Assembly (NCBI GenBank): GCA_018434355.1
Contig: JAHDPL010000029.1
Location: 1,127 to 65,126, forward strand
From: Sporomusaceae bacterium
GTDB taxonomy: Bacteria > Bacillota > Negativicutes > UBA1444
Length of the DNA: 64,000 bases
Reading direction: 5' to 3'
Below, piece by piece: positions 47,014 to 56,688 of the stretch (positions within the stretch are counted from its first letter, which is position 1; each line of letters opens with the position of its first letter). The translations under genes were made by a program, and so were the position numbers. The notes below the pieces were generated by a model. That model did not search any database. It was given only the letters and a program-made list of their open reading frames with translations, and was not told where the DNA came from.

Positions 47014-49056
47014 CTAGATGCGAAACCGTTCGACAGCGAGTTTAAGATTGTTCGCGATGGCTGATGTCTCATGGGCGCCGGCGGACACTTCCTGAGCCGT
47101 GGCCGATTGTTCTTCGGTAGCGGCTGACATTTCTTCGGCGCCGGCGGCAGATTGTTGGGCGACGGCCGAGATTTCCTCGACGCTAACCAGGGTATTGCGG
47201 GCATTGGACTGAATCGTTGCCAACTGATTTGACAGTTCCGTGACCAGCTTTTCGACTAAGGCGATTTCTTGAACGATACCACCAATATAGCGACCACCGG
47301 TCTCGATTGCGCCAACTTGGGTGTCCACCCGTTCCAGGTTTGTTTCCATGGTGCGCACGGTGACGGAGGTTTCCTCCTGAATCGTATTGACTAGGCCGCG
47401 GATCGATTCGGCCGACTTATTCGAGTCCTCGGCCAGTTTGCGGACTTCTTCGGCAACTACGGCGAAGCCACGCCCTGCTTCACCGGCCCTGGCAGCCTCG
47501 ATGGCCGCATTGAGAGCGAGCAGGTTCGTTTGGCCGGAGATATGCATGATAATCCCAACAATGTTGCCGATTTCGCTGGAACGTTTGCCCAGGTTCTGGA
47601 TCGACTCGGTGGCGAACCGAACGGTTTCACGGACTTGCCCGAGCTGGTCGATCGCTTTTTGCAAAGCCTCCATAGCTTCCTTGACGTTTGTGCTGGTGTC
47701 GCCGACTTTCTTCTTCATTGTGGTTGCATCGCTGGTTCCGGCATCGACGGAAGCCTGGACCTCCTGCATACGCGATAGCATATCAGTGGCAAGACCGGCC
47801 AGTTTGGACGATCCTACCGCAATCTCGCCGACGGTTTCGGCGACCTGGCCGGCGGTTTCGCCGCTTTGCCGGGCTGCTTCCGAGACCGTGGCGCTGGTGT
47901 CGCTGAGCTGGTTGGCATCGTTGCGCAATGCGCGTACGACATTGGCCAGTGATGCCCGCATATTCTGAAATGCCGCTGCCATTTGAGCAACTTCATCCTG
48001 TCCCTGAGCCAGCTTTTTGTCCACAGGCCGCTCCGTCAGATCGCCGGCGGCGATATCGCGGGCTCGAACCGATAGCTGGCCTAAAGGCGCCAGACGGCGG
48101 TTGATGAAGTAGCCTAAAAACGACAACGCCGCGAAAAGGACCAGCAGGCCGAGTCCGGCGCTATGCAGGGCGGCCTGGCGACCTTGCGCCAGCATGATCT
48201 CACTGTTCAACGTCACTGCCAGAGACCAACCGAAGCTTTCTGACGGCGTTCCCTTGCCGATCGGCTGGAAGCCTAGCATTTTATGTAGGCCGTTGTAATC
48301 GTATTCGCCTACGCCGGTTTCTCCCTTGGCCATCCGGGCGATCAGTCCTCCGAGCGCATCGGTTCTTTTGCCAAGGGCGTCTGAGCCTCGCTGCTTGAGG
48401 TCAGGGTGCCAGAGGATCACTTTTTTGTTGTCGACGATCATCGGGTAACTGTCAGTCAGTCCCCGGGCCACGAAGCCGTCAATCAGCGGCTTCATGAAAG
48501 CGTCAAAAGCGGAGAAGGGGATCCTGGCCATCACATAGCCGATGATGGACTGTCCGGAAAGATCCCTAAGCGGAATGGCAAAAACGATCACTGGTTGTTT
48601 CAGATCGTTTGACATCCGATACTCCATATGTTTGGCCTGTTTGGTTTGAACTTGCTTGAACCATTCGGCGTTTCGGTAGTTCTGGCCAAGCACGCCGCTG
48701 CCGACGCCCGTGACCAGCGTTCCGTTGGGATCCACCAGCAACAGGTCCGAGTAGATTCCCTGATAAGCATTGAATACTTCCTGCAACGCCAGTTTCTTGG
48801 TTTCGACCGTGGCGGCAGGATCTTTCAGCACCCTGCGGGTTGCCAGCACATCGACATCGCCGCTGCGTTGGTTGAGATAGTTGTTCAGACTCATGACCAC
48901 CAGATTGGTGGCGGTGGTTGCTTCACGCTCGGCGCCGGCCAAGGTCGCCTGATTGGAGCGCCACAGAGAGAAGCCGAGCGTAGCGACAAGCAAAAAGATG
49001 ATGATCAGGCTGGTGAATAAGATGATCCGGACCCGCAGGCTTTGCAAATTGAACAT
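47014..49056 (-). CDS. Methyl-accepting chemotaxis protein (dCache-HAMP-MA)
   Basis: Two TM segments, extracytoplasmic Cache, HAMP, and [35 protein letters not shown]. Confidence 0.94.
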   Translation of the reverse strand: MFNLQSLRVRIILFTSLIIIFLLVATLGFSLWRSNQATLAGAEREATTATNLVVMSLNNYLNQRSGDVDVLATRRVLKDPAATVETKKLALQEVFNAYQGIYSDLLLVDPNGTLVTGVGSGVLGQNYRNAEWFKQVQTKQAKHMEYRMSNDLKQPVIVFAIPLRDLSGQSIIGYVMARIPFSAFDAFMKPLIDGFVARGLTDSYPMIVDNKKVILWHPDLKQRGSDALGKRTDALGGLIARMAKGETGVGEYDYNGLHKMLGFQPIGKGTPSESFGWSLAVTLNSEIMLAQGRQAALHSAGLGLLVLFAALSFLGYFINRRLAPLGQLSVRARDIAAGDLTERPVDKKLAQGQDEVAQMAAAFQNMRASLANVVRALRNDANQLSDTSATVSEAARQSGETAGQVAETVGEIAVGSSKLAGLATDMLSRMQEVQASVDAGTSDATTMKKKVGDTSTNVKEAMEALQKAIDQLGQVRETVRFATESIQNLGKRSSEIGNIVGIIMHISGQTNLLALNAAIEAARAGEAGRGFAVVAEEVRKLAEDSNKSAESIRGLVNTIQEETSVTVRTMETNLERVDTQVGAIETGGRYIGGIVQEIALVEKLVTELSNQLATIQSNARNTLVSVEEISAVAQQSAAGAEEMSAATEEQSATAQEVSAGAHETSAIANNLKLAVERFRI

Positions 49057-49059
49057 GTT

Positions 49060-50232
49060 TTACAGCTCCTTAGACAAGATATCGATCGCTATGACGCAGG
49101 CGTCATCCATATCGCGGACAGGCAGTAGCGGACGCAAGGGCTTTTCCAGCGCTGCCAGAAAGGCGGCCGGTGAGTTGGCGGTAGTCGTTGCCAACAACTC
49201 GGACAGTGTCTCGATTCCAGCCCCAATCGACGCAAAATGGTTTTCCAGAATGCCGTCGGAAAACGCAATCAGGCGACAACCGACAGGCAAACCGACTGTC
49301 TGCGTTTTCAGGTTGTTGGCGGGGAACAGGCCGAGCGGCGGCGCGGTGCTTTCTAGTTTCAGAATCGTAGCGTCAGGCAAACGCAATAAGGCCGGCAAAT
49401 GACCGGCATTGGCCCAGTGCAGTTTTTCGGCGGCCAAGTCGAAATCAAAGCAGATCGCTGAGAGAAAGCTCGGCAACACTCCGTTTTCCTCTTCTGCCGT
49501 CTGTCGCGGCAGACTGGCGATATCCCACATCTGTCGTCCAAGTGAATTGAGGAGGTCGCCAGGAGTGGTATTTTGTTGCATCAGCCGGCTGGCGGCAGAC
49601 TGCAGGAAAACCGCAATGAACGCCGCAGATACGCCATGTCCCATCACGTCCATCAAAATGGCGGCGTAACGTTGGGGACCGGAGGGACAGACGAAGACCA
49701 TATCGCCGGACAGGTTGCTGGCGGGGTGATACAACAGTTCCATCTCGAAATCAGGCCGTTGCAGTCGGCGGGTCAACAACCGGTCCTGGATTTCCTGGGC
49801 GATTCGGATGTCCTGTTGCAAACGTTGTTCGAACCTGCGCCTGCTTGCCCGCTCGCGGTCAAGTTGGATGGCGTTGCGCAAGCGGACCTGCAGGTTGTAT
49901 TTCTGGATTGGCTTCAGGACATAATCGGTAGCGCCGGCTTCAAAGGCGCAATTCATCTGGATTTCATCATTGCTGGCGGTGACGACGAGAATCGGCGTGT
50001 CGGCATAGCCCGGCATCGACCGGATACGCAGGCAACAGGCGATGCCTTCCATGCCTTCCATTTGCAGGTCAAGCAGAATGGCTCGGACATTTCCAGGTTC
50101 GGCTTGCCGCAGTCGTTCCAGCACCGATTCGCCGCTGGCAAATTCTTCGGGAATTCCGAATCCAAGTTTGGTGATGAAATTGCGGATGATTTTGCGATCG
50201 CTGGCCGAATCGTCGACGATGAAAATGCTCAA
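49060..50232 (-). CDS. REC-PP2C (SpoIIE/RsbU-like) phosphatase
   Basis: IFIVDDS REC; SGD, DVMGHGVSAA, NAGH.P, FSDGI.E and DDAC motifs; TTG start just after the STAS stop. Confidence 0.9.
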   Translation of the reverse strand: MSIFIVDDSASDRKIIRNFITKLGFGIPEEFASGESVLERLRQAEPGNVRAILLDLQMEGMEGIACCLRIRSMPGYADTPILVVTASNDEIQMNCAFEAGATDYVLKPIQKYNLQVRLRNAIQLDRERASRRRFEQRLQQDIRIAQEIQDRLLTRRLQRPDFEMELLYHPASNLSGDMVFVCPSGPQRYAAILMDVMGHGVSAAFIAVFLQSAASRLMQQNTTPGDLLNSLGRQMWDIASLPRQTAEEENGVLPSFLSAICFDFDLAAEKLHWANAGHLPALLRLPDATILKLESTAPPLGLFPANNLKTQTVGLPVGCRLIAFSDGILENHFASIGAGIETLSELLATTTANSPAAFLAALEKPLRPLLPVRDMDDACVIAIDILSKEL

Positions 50233-50237
50233 GACGA

Positions 50238-50624
50238 TCAATACTCCTGCGGCGTCAGAGGAAGCGGTCGTTCGTGCGTCAACGCCTGCAAGGCGCTGGC
50301 TTCGTCCGGTGCGACTGTCATGATTTGGTCGAACTTGGCGATGCGAAACAGGTCTAATATGAACGGATCGGATACGACAACCGCCAATTTGATTTTGCGG
50401 CTGGCTGCTTGCCTGACAAAGTGGATCAGTACGCCAAACCCGGTGCTGTCGATCCGTTTGAGTTTGTCCATCATGAACAGGCAACGGCTGCCCTCGGTCA
50501 ACTTCTCGAAATATGGACGCACCTGTTCGCGCGCCTGGGTAGAGACTTCATACACCAACGATCCCGAGCATTCGAGCCGCAGCGATGTTTCATCCATTCT
50601 CCCCGTCACATTGAACTCAGCCAT
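50238..50624 (-). CDS. STAS anti-anti-sigma-type protein (RsbV/SpoIIAA-like)
   Basis: IDSTGFGVL with phospho-acceptor Ser; DLFRIAKFD. Confidence 0.87.
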   Translation of the reverse strand: MAEFNVTGRMDETSLRLECSGSLVYEVSTQAREQVRPYFEKLTEGSRCLFMMDKLKRIDSTGFGVLIHFVRQAASRKIKLAVVVSDPFILDLFRIAKFDQIMTVAPDEASALQALTHERPLPLTPQEY

Positions 50625-51045
50625 GTTTTTTGATCCCCGCTTTCAAAATCATTATATGTCTTCCTGTCCGGTCGGCGCCTGAATCGATTTCTTGGCACAA
50701 ATTCTGCATGAACAGAATCCCGCGACCGCGTTCTTCCCATAATAAATCCTGCATCGTCTGATTTAGGCAGATTTCCCGCCAATTGGGCGGCAGTCCCGGT
50801 CCTCGGTCAGGAATTTCGGCAGTCAACTGTTCCTTGTCGAGGCGCAGTGTGGCGGATAGCGGCTCGTCAGCCTGGCCGCAGCGGCAATTTGCTTCGAAAG
50901 CATTGACTAGCGCCTCGTGCAGGGCGAACAAAAAAGCAGGATTCACAACGCCCCAGGCTAACAAGGCGTCTTCACAAGCCTGCTCCAACCGTTCTAATCC
51001 GTCAATTCCAGAAACAGGTGCGCTCAATTGCAGTTCGTAAAGCAA
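50617..51045 (-). CDS. RsbW/SpoIIAB-like Ser kinase (HATPase_c_2)
   Basis: ALHEALVNAF, D.GPG and E.GRGI..M motifs; TTG start. Confidence 0.83.
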   Translation of the reverse strand: MLYELQLSAPVSGIDGLERLEQACEDALLAWGVVNPAFLFALHEALVNAFEANCRCGQADEPLSATLRLDKEQLTAEIPDRGPGLPPNWREICLNQTMQDLLWEERGRGILFMQNLCQEIDSGADRTGRHIMILKAGIKKHG

Positions 51046-51118
51046 ATTTGTATTCTCCGTTCAAATCATGACACGAGCGGAATACAAGAAACTAAAGAAA
51101 AATTAATACAAATAATTA

Positions 51119-51145
51119 ATTCGCAGCATAGACGAATTTTCCTGC
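51119..51145 (-). promoter_or_regulatory. SigH-like promoter of the partner-switch/MCP operon
   Basis: Minus strand GCAGGA-AAATTCGTCTATGCTGC(17)-GAAT. Confidence 0.55.
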
Positions 51146-51231
51146 ACGACTTTTGCAAAGTTTAAAAATAATGCAGGAGTTTGCAGCAATGCGCTGAAAT
51201 AAAACAAAATGTGCAGGAAGCTGAAAATCCA

Positions 51232-54213
51232 GTGAATACTTTATTAAGAAATAAAGGCGGAAAATCTGCCGCCAGCTTACGCAAGACGTTTAGTCTGGCG
51301 TTTGTTTTGGTGTCCGTATTGCCGTTGCTGTTTTCAATCATTGTGACATTCGAACAGACTGAAAAGACGACAATTCAGGCGGTGTTCGAGGCTAACCGGA
51401 ATCTGGCCGCCAATATCGCCGAAGACATTGACGCAATGTTTATCGAAAAAGTCCGACTGCTCAAAATCGTGGCGAATAATGCCGAAATCAAATCGGCAGA
51501 CCCGCTAAGACAAACGGCGGTGCTGCGTGACCTATACTTTCATAGTGGCGATATCGGCATTGCCCTGCTTGCGGACAGTCAGGGAAAGCTGATTGCCAGA
51601 TCCGATGATCAACCGATTGCCGGGATCAGTTACTTCGACCGGGATTACTTCCAGCAAATGCTGCGTACACGTACTACTGCGATTTCCGAGGTGATTCAAT
51701 CCCGTAGCACCGGGCAGCAGGTCATAGGAATCGCTGAACCAGTCATTGGCAGTGGTGGCGAGCTATTAGGCGCTGTCATTATCAACGTCGAGCTGGAAAA
51801 GCTGGGGCAACGCATTGCCAAAACAAAAATCGGACAAACCGGTTATGCGATTCTGGTCAATGAGGCCGGCCACATTCTGTTGCATCCCGATTCCGGCATC
51901 GTGGCGACTTCGGCCAATCTGTTCCGCATGGTTCCGGAGTTGGCGGCCTCTTTCAAACAGACCGGTGCGATGGAATATGAATATGAAGGGCAGAAAAAAT
52001 TGGCCGGCTACAGTTTTTCCCCCACGCCGGGCTGGGGCCTGATTGTCCAGCAACCTCTGGATGAGGCGCTGGCCGGAGTCAGAGCCACCCGCAGAGCCAA
52101 CCTGTTTATCGTATTGCTTGCCGGTGCTGGTGCGATTGCGTTCGGATTGGTCCTGGCCGACAAATTGTCGCGGCCGATTACAGACATCAGCGTAGCCGCT
52201 GCGGGCTTGGCTGCCGGCGACCTGTCGGTGCGTCTGGATGTAGCGCGCCGGGATGAATTGGGCCGGCTGGCTGATGCATTCAATGACATGGCGTTACAGC
52301 TGCAAAAACGCGAGGAAGCATTGAGAGATAGCGAGCACCGTTATCGGTCATTGGTTGACAACTTGAAAATCGGTGTGTATCGAAGTCAGGCAGAGCCGCC
52401 GGGAAGGTTTATTCAGGCGAACCCGGCCATGGCCTCGATTTTCGGTTATGATTCGGTCGAAGAATTTTTGCAGCAGGATGTTGAAACCCTGTTTCAAAAG
52501 ACTGGCGATCGGGCTGCATTTTTAGCCAAACTGGCAAAGCAAGGGACGCTGACAGACGAGGAACTGGCCTTGCGCAAGAAGGATGGAACGCCGATCTGGT
52601 GCACTTACAATATCACGGCGCATTATGACGAGCAGGGACGTATCGAATGGATCGAAGGCGTCATGGAAAACATCACGGAGCAAAAGATGCGCCAACGTTG
52701 GCAAGCGGCGCTGTATCAGTTGTCCGCTGAAATATCCCACGCCGATTCGTTGGAAGAATTGTTCAAAACCTTGCATAAAGTAATCCGCGAGTTCATGCCG
52801 GCCAATCGTTTTTTTGTAGCCTTGCAGAATGAGGCCGGCAATTTGTCCATCGTATATGCTGCTTCAGCTGTCGGGGAATTTTCAATTTTTGAAGCGATTC
52901 CGGCCGGGTTGATGGAGGAGGTGTTCCGAAGTGGTGAACCGCGTTTTGGCGACGACACCGACTGGCGAGCGCATGGCAGCGAACATCTGGCTGTGCCGCT
53001 CAGGACGGGAGATGGTCGGGTTCTAGGCGTAATGGGCTTGGCCGGCGGAGATGACGAAGTGTTGTTTGCCCAGCACCATCTGGCGATGCTAGATTTTTGG
53101 TCCGGGCAGATTGCCGCCACGATTGAACGTAAAACCGCCGAAAATCATTTGCGATTTGTCAGCCTGCATGATGCACTGACCAAGTTGTATAACCGCAATT
53201 ATTTTGAAGAAGAAATGAAGCGTCTCGACAAACGGCGTTCCGGTGCGGTAGCCATCGTTGTGTTCGACCTGGATGGGCTGAAAATGGTGAATGATACGTT
53301 GGGACATGAACAGGGCGACCGCATGCTGGTCGTTGCAGCCCGGATTTTGCAACGCGCATTTCGCGATGGCGATGTGGTGGCGCGAATCGGGGGCGATGAA
53401 TTCGCCGCGCTGCTGGAAGATGCATCAGAAGAGTTGATGGGTCAGGTCCGTGAGCGGATTCGGCAGTCAACGGAGCTGGCTAACCGACAGCAACCCGATG
53501 AAGTGGCGTTGCCGATCAGCCTGTCGATGGGATATGCTTTGAGCGTTGGTTCGGGTACTCCCATGCGGGAACTGTTCCGGCAGGCGGACAACTCCATGTA
53601 CCGGGAAAAACTGAATCGTGGACAAAGTGCCCGCAATAGCATCGTTCAGACGGTGATGAAGATGCTTAAGGCGCGTGATTTTATGACCGAGAATCATTCG
53701 GACCGACTGCAGTTCTTGGTGACTCAATTGGCTGAACGACGAGGTCTTTCGCCGGAGCGTATCGCCGACCTGTGTCTGTTGGCGCAGTTTCATGATATTG
53801 GCAAGGTGGGGATTCCCGACCGGATTCTGATGAAACCGGGACCGCTTAGTGCCGATGAAATGGCTGAAATGCAAAAACACTGCGAAATTGGTCATCGGAT
53901 ATCGTTGGCGTTACCGGAATTGGAAGCAATCAGCGAATGGATTTTGAAACATCACGAATGGTGGAACGGAGAAGGTTATCCGCTGGGGATCGCCGGCGCG
54001 AAGATTCCACTGGAGTGCCGGATTTTGGCGATTGCTGATGCCTACGACGCAATGACCAATGACCGGCCTTATCGTCCGGCGATGAGTCATCAAGCTGCGC
54101 TCGCCGAACTGCTCCATTGCGCAGGGACCCAATTCGATCCCGAACTTGTGAGGCTGTTTAACAGCATTGAAATGACGGAGATAGGACTTGACAGCGGTCA
54201 GGCAAGTCGATAA
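51232..54213 (+). CDS. dCache-HAMP-PAS-GAF-GGDEF-HD-GYP cyclic di-GMP cyclase/phosphodiesterase
   Basis: Two TM segments; RDGD-VVARI-GGDEF; FHDIGKVGIPD and HHEWWNGEGYP; start uncertain (51181 or 51232). Confidence 0.92.
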   Translation: MNTLLRNKGGKSAASLRKTFSLAFVLVSVLPLLFSIIVTFEQTEKTTIQAVFEANRNLAANIAEDIDAMFIEKVRLLKIVANNAEIKSADPLRQTAVLRDLYFHSGDIGIALLADSQGKLIARSDDQPIAGISYFDRDYFQQMLRTRTTAISEVIQSRSTGQQVIGIAEPVIGSGGELLGAVIINVELEKLGQRIAKTKIGQTGYAILVNEAGHILLHPDSGIVATSANLFRMVPELAASFKQTGAMEYEYEGQKKLAGYSFSPTPGWGLIVQQPLDEALAGVRATRRANLFIVLLAGAGAIAFGLVLADKLSRPITDISVAAAGLAAGDLSVRLDVARRDELGRLADAFNDMALQLQKREEALRDSEHRYRSLVDNLKIGVYRSQAEPPGRFIQANPAMASIFGYDSVEEFLQQDVETLFQKTGDRAAFLAKLAKQGTLTDEELALRKKDGTPIWCTYNITAHYDEQGRIEWIEGVMENITEQKMRQRWQAALYQLSAEISHADSLEELFKTLHKVIREFMPANRFFVALQNEAGNLSIVYAASAVGEFSIFEAIPAGLMEEVFRSGEPRFGDDTDWRAHGSEHLAVPLRTGDGRVLGVMGLAGGDDEVLFAQHHLAMLDFWSGQIAATIERKTAENHLRFVSLHDALTKLYNRNYFEEEMKRLDKRRSGAVAIVVFDLDGLKMVNDTLGHEQGDRMLVVAARILQRAFRDGDVVARIGGDEFAALLEDASEELMGQVRERIRQSTELANRQQPDEVALPISLSMGYALSVGSGTPMRELFRQADNSMYREKLNRGQSARNSIVQTVMKMLKARDFMTENHSDRLQFLVTQLAERRGLSPERIADLCLLAQFHDIGKVGIPDRILMKPGPLSADEMAEMQKHCEIGHRISLALPELEAISEWILKHHEWWNGEGYPLGIAGAKIPLECRILAIADAYDAMTNDRPYRPAMSHQAALAELLHCAGTQFDPELVRLFNSIEMTEIGLDSGQASR

Positions 54214-54216
54214 TAT
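54188..54216 (+). promoter_or_regulatory. SigA-like promoter for the riboswitch-STAS transcript
   Basis: TTGACA-N17-TAATAT overlapping the upstream stop codon. Confidence 0.6.
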
Positions 54217-54242
54217 TATGGTAGATTAAATAATGATTATCA

Positions 54243-54328
54243 AAAAGAATATTGGCAAACTTGCTGAAAAGTAAGGACGCAAAGCCGTGGGTCTAAGGGT
54301 GCGAGCCTATGATTGCCAGGTTGCTTTT
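54243..54328 (+). ncRNA. Cyclic di-GMP-I (GEMM) riboswitch
   Basis: GGCAAAC-TTGCT-GAAA-AGTAAG-GACGCAAAGC...GGTCTAAG...CTATGATTGC-CAGGTTGC. Confidence 0.92.
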
Positions 54329-54364
54329 CTCCACAAGGAGAATGACGAGATCGTAGGATCAGGC

Positions 54365-54395
54365 AACCGGTGCAATCGCGCCGGTTTATCTTTTT
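54365..54395 (+). terminator. Riboswitch expression-platform terminator
   Basis: aaccggtgc-aatc-gcgccggtt followed by tatcttttt. Confidence 0.7.
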
Positions 54396-54496
54396 GCAAT
54401 GAGGTTGCGATAATGTAGATAAGGGGTAATGTAGCAAGGATTGAGACAAGCTGACGTGCAGCGGAAAAATGAACGAAGATGAGTAGGGGAGCAATT

Positions 54497-54799
54497 ATGA
54501 TTCAGAGTGCGGAAATCATCGATAATCAGGTACAGGTAGTTCTTGCCGGCAGTATTTATATTGAGGAAGCAAAGCAGGTTCAGGCAAAGATTCAAGACTT
54601 TCTCGAACATGGTTACAAGAAATTTTCCTTTGATATGTCAGCCGTCGACTATATCGATAGCTCGGGCCTGGGGATGCTGGTTGCGCTTCACAAGCAATCG
54701 CTGAAAAAGGGCGGTTGTATGAAAATCAGCGGAATCAATGGCATGGTAAGGGAGATATTTGAACTGACCCGCCTGACCAAGGTGTTTGGGATCGTGTGA
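54497..54799 (+). CDS. STAS anti-anti-sigma-type protein
   Basis: DMSAVDYIDSSGLGML and V..IFELTRL..VF motifs. Confidence 0.9.
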   Translation: MIQSAEIIDNQVQVVLAGSIYIEEAKQVQAKIQDFLEHGYKKFSFDMSAVDYIDSSGLGMLVALHKQSLKKGGCMKISGINGMVREIFELTRLTKVFGIV

Positions 54800-54830
54800 T
54801 ATCCGGTTCGTTACCTGCCAAAAACAAATC

Positions 54831-54874
54831 AAGGACTGTCTCGAGCGTCTTGGCGTCGCTGCGAGACGGTCCTT
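54831..54874. terminator. Hairpin between convergent STAS and response-regulator genes
   Basis: aaggactgtctcg...cgagacggtcctt. Confidence 0.6.
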
Positions 54875-54895
54875 TCATTTTAACTATGGTTTCGT

Positions 54896-55552
54896 TTATA
54901 TCGGTACTATTTTACATTTGCCGACAGAAATCTGATTTTGCCTTAGATGCTGCTCAAATGTTGCAGTTGCTGCATCTAGGCTGCCGGAAAACTGGAACGG
55001 GATGACCAAGCTTGCCGGTTGAGTGATCTGTACGCCGCTGCCAAATCCGAGCGGCAGTAGACTGGCCAGATAGGGCGGCAGATTTTCGGCGGGATCGAGC
55101 GACAAAGTCGCCTGATAATATTGCAAGGGTAGCGTAGCGGCCTCATTTTCATCAACGGCCGATTTTTCTGGGACAAGGCCCGAATTTAGCAGGCTTGTTA
55201 TCCGATTCAACAAGGTTTCAGCCAGGAAAGGCTTGCGGATGTAATCGACAATACCGGCTTGAATCGCCCGTTTTACGACATCGGGGTCGGCCAGACTGGT
55301 CAACATGATGATCGGAACGCCGGTCCACTTAGGATCTTCCTTTATTTTTATCAATGCGGTCATTCCGTTCATGCCCGGAAGGTCGATATCGAGAAAGATC
55401 AGATCCAGATTGAGATAACGCCAGGAAGACTCGAACAGATCCTCCGCGTTTGCCAATTCAAGAACTTCAGCATCAATTTTTTCGAGCAGGCTCTTTAGAC
55501 TAAGCCGGATGACGCGGGTATCATCAATCACCAACACTCGATACCTTGCCAT
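54896..55552 (-). CDS. Response regulator, REC plus unrecognised C-terminal domain
   Basis: VLVIDD, FLDIDLPGMNG, MLTS and YIRKPF motifs; about 80-aa extension. Confidence 0.85.
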   Translation of the reverse strand: MARYRVLVIDDTRVIRLSLKSLLEKIDAEVLELANAEDLFESSWRYLNLDLIFLDIDLPGMNGMTALIKIKEDPKWTGVPIIMLTSLADPDVVKRAIQAGIVDYIRKPFLAETLLNRITSLLNSGLVPEKSAVDENEAATLPLQYYQATLSLDPAENLPPYLASLLPLGFGSGVQITQPASLVIPFQFSGSLDAATATFEQHLRQNQISVGKCKIVPI

Positions 55553-55599
55553 AATCGTTCCCCCAATCCATAGGATGCTTATTTACGCAATAATATTGT

Positions 55600-55639
55600 T
55601 TATTCTCCGGCAGGGAAAGAAACCCCTGTCGGAGAATAA
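55600..55639. promoter_or_regulatory. Palindrome forming overlapping divergent SigH-like promoters or an operator
   Basis: ttattctccggcaggg-N8-ccctgtcggagaataa; reads AGGG-N18-GAAT on both strands. Confidence 0.5.
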
Positions 55640-55689
55640 TTGTTTATAAGTGGCAAAATATAGATTGATAAATATCGGAGGGGTTTTCG

Positions 55690-56682
55690 ATGCGGTGCAA
55701 AAGCCTGGTCTGGATGTGTCTGACCGCCGCCTTATTCATATTGGCCGGCTGTGGTGCGCCCAAAGACTCCAAGCCGTTGGTCGTGCCCGGAAAAACGGCG
55801 CAAACTGAAATTGCAAAGTCGACAGCAGGCCAGAAAAATATCGCCTTGGTGATGAAAACGCTGACAAATCCGTTTTTTGTCGAAATGGAACGCGGCGCTC
55901 GCCGGGCAGAAAAAGAACTGGGCGTAAATTTGATTGTGAAAACCGGAGCGCAAGAGACTTCGGTCGATCAACAAATTGCGATTGTTGAGGAACTGATAAA
56001 GCGGAAAGTGGATGCGATTGTCATTGCTCCAGCCAGTTCCATCGATTTGATTCCTGTATTGAAAAAAGCGCAGGATGTCGGGATTTCACTAATCAATATC
56101 GATAACCGGCTGGATCGGGATGTTGCGAAAAAAGTTGGTTTGCTGGATATTCCTTTTATCAGTGTCGATAATGAAAAAGGAGCGTATTTGGCTGCTCAAG
56201 TCATCAGCGAAAGGCTGACGAATGCGGCGGATGTTTTGGTTATTGAGGGAATCCGTTCTGCGAAAAATGCGCAGGAGCGTTCTGCGGGAACCCTGAGGGC
56301 ATTGAAAGAAAAACCGAACATTCGCGTGATTGCAGTGGATACGGCCAACTGGAAAATTGATGAAGCCTATGAGGTGACTAAGCGCCGGTTTGTCCAGAAT
56401 CCTTCGATTGCAGCGGTCGTTTGCGGAAACGATATGATGGCGCTTGGCGCATTACGCTATCTGCGGGAAGCAAACCGCAGCGATGTGGTGGTGGGAGGAT
56501 TTGACGCGCTGGAAGAAGCCCGCAAAGCAGTGAATGAAGGGCGTATGCTGGTGACTGTCGACCAGCAGGCAGAGATGCAAGGATACCAAGGCGTGAAGAT
56601 GGCCTGGCAAAAAATATCCGCGGAACCTGTCAGTGCTGAAACGCTGATCGATGTGAAACTAGTTCAAAAAAGCAGGAATTAG
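55690..56682 (+). CDS. RbsB/AlsB-like sugar-binding lipoprotein
   Basis: Lipobox LAGC; KTLTNPFF, DN.KG..LAA, ANW, NDMMALGA and GFDA motifs. Confidence 0.9.
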   Translation: MRCKSLVWMCLTAALFILAGCGAPKDSKPLVVPGKTAQTEIAKSTAGQKNIALVMKTLTNPFFVEMERGARRAEKELGVNLIVKTGAQETSVDQQIAIVEELIKRKVDAIVIAPASSIDLIPVLKKAQDVGISLINIDNRLDRDVAKKVGLLDIPFISVDNEKGAYLAAQVISERLTNAADVLVIEGIRSAKNAQERSAGTLRALKEKPNIRVIAVDTANWKIDEAYEVTKRRFVQNPSIAAVVCGNDMMALGALRYLREANRSDVVVGGFDALEEARKAVNEGRMLVTVDQQAEMQGYQGVKMAWQKISAEPVSAETLIDVKLVQKSRN

Positions 56683-56688
56683 ACCGAA

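Noticed and set aside
50233-50484. N-terminal extensions in the ORF track (e.g. 49060-50484, 45540-46940, 6523-7725)
   Set aside because: They overlap upstream genes or regulatory RNA; downstream starts at domain boundaries are preferred
49573-50682. 369-aa plus-strand ORF
   Set aside because: Antisense shadow of the PP2C/STAS genes, with no motifs
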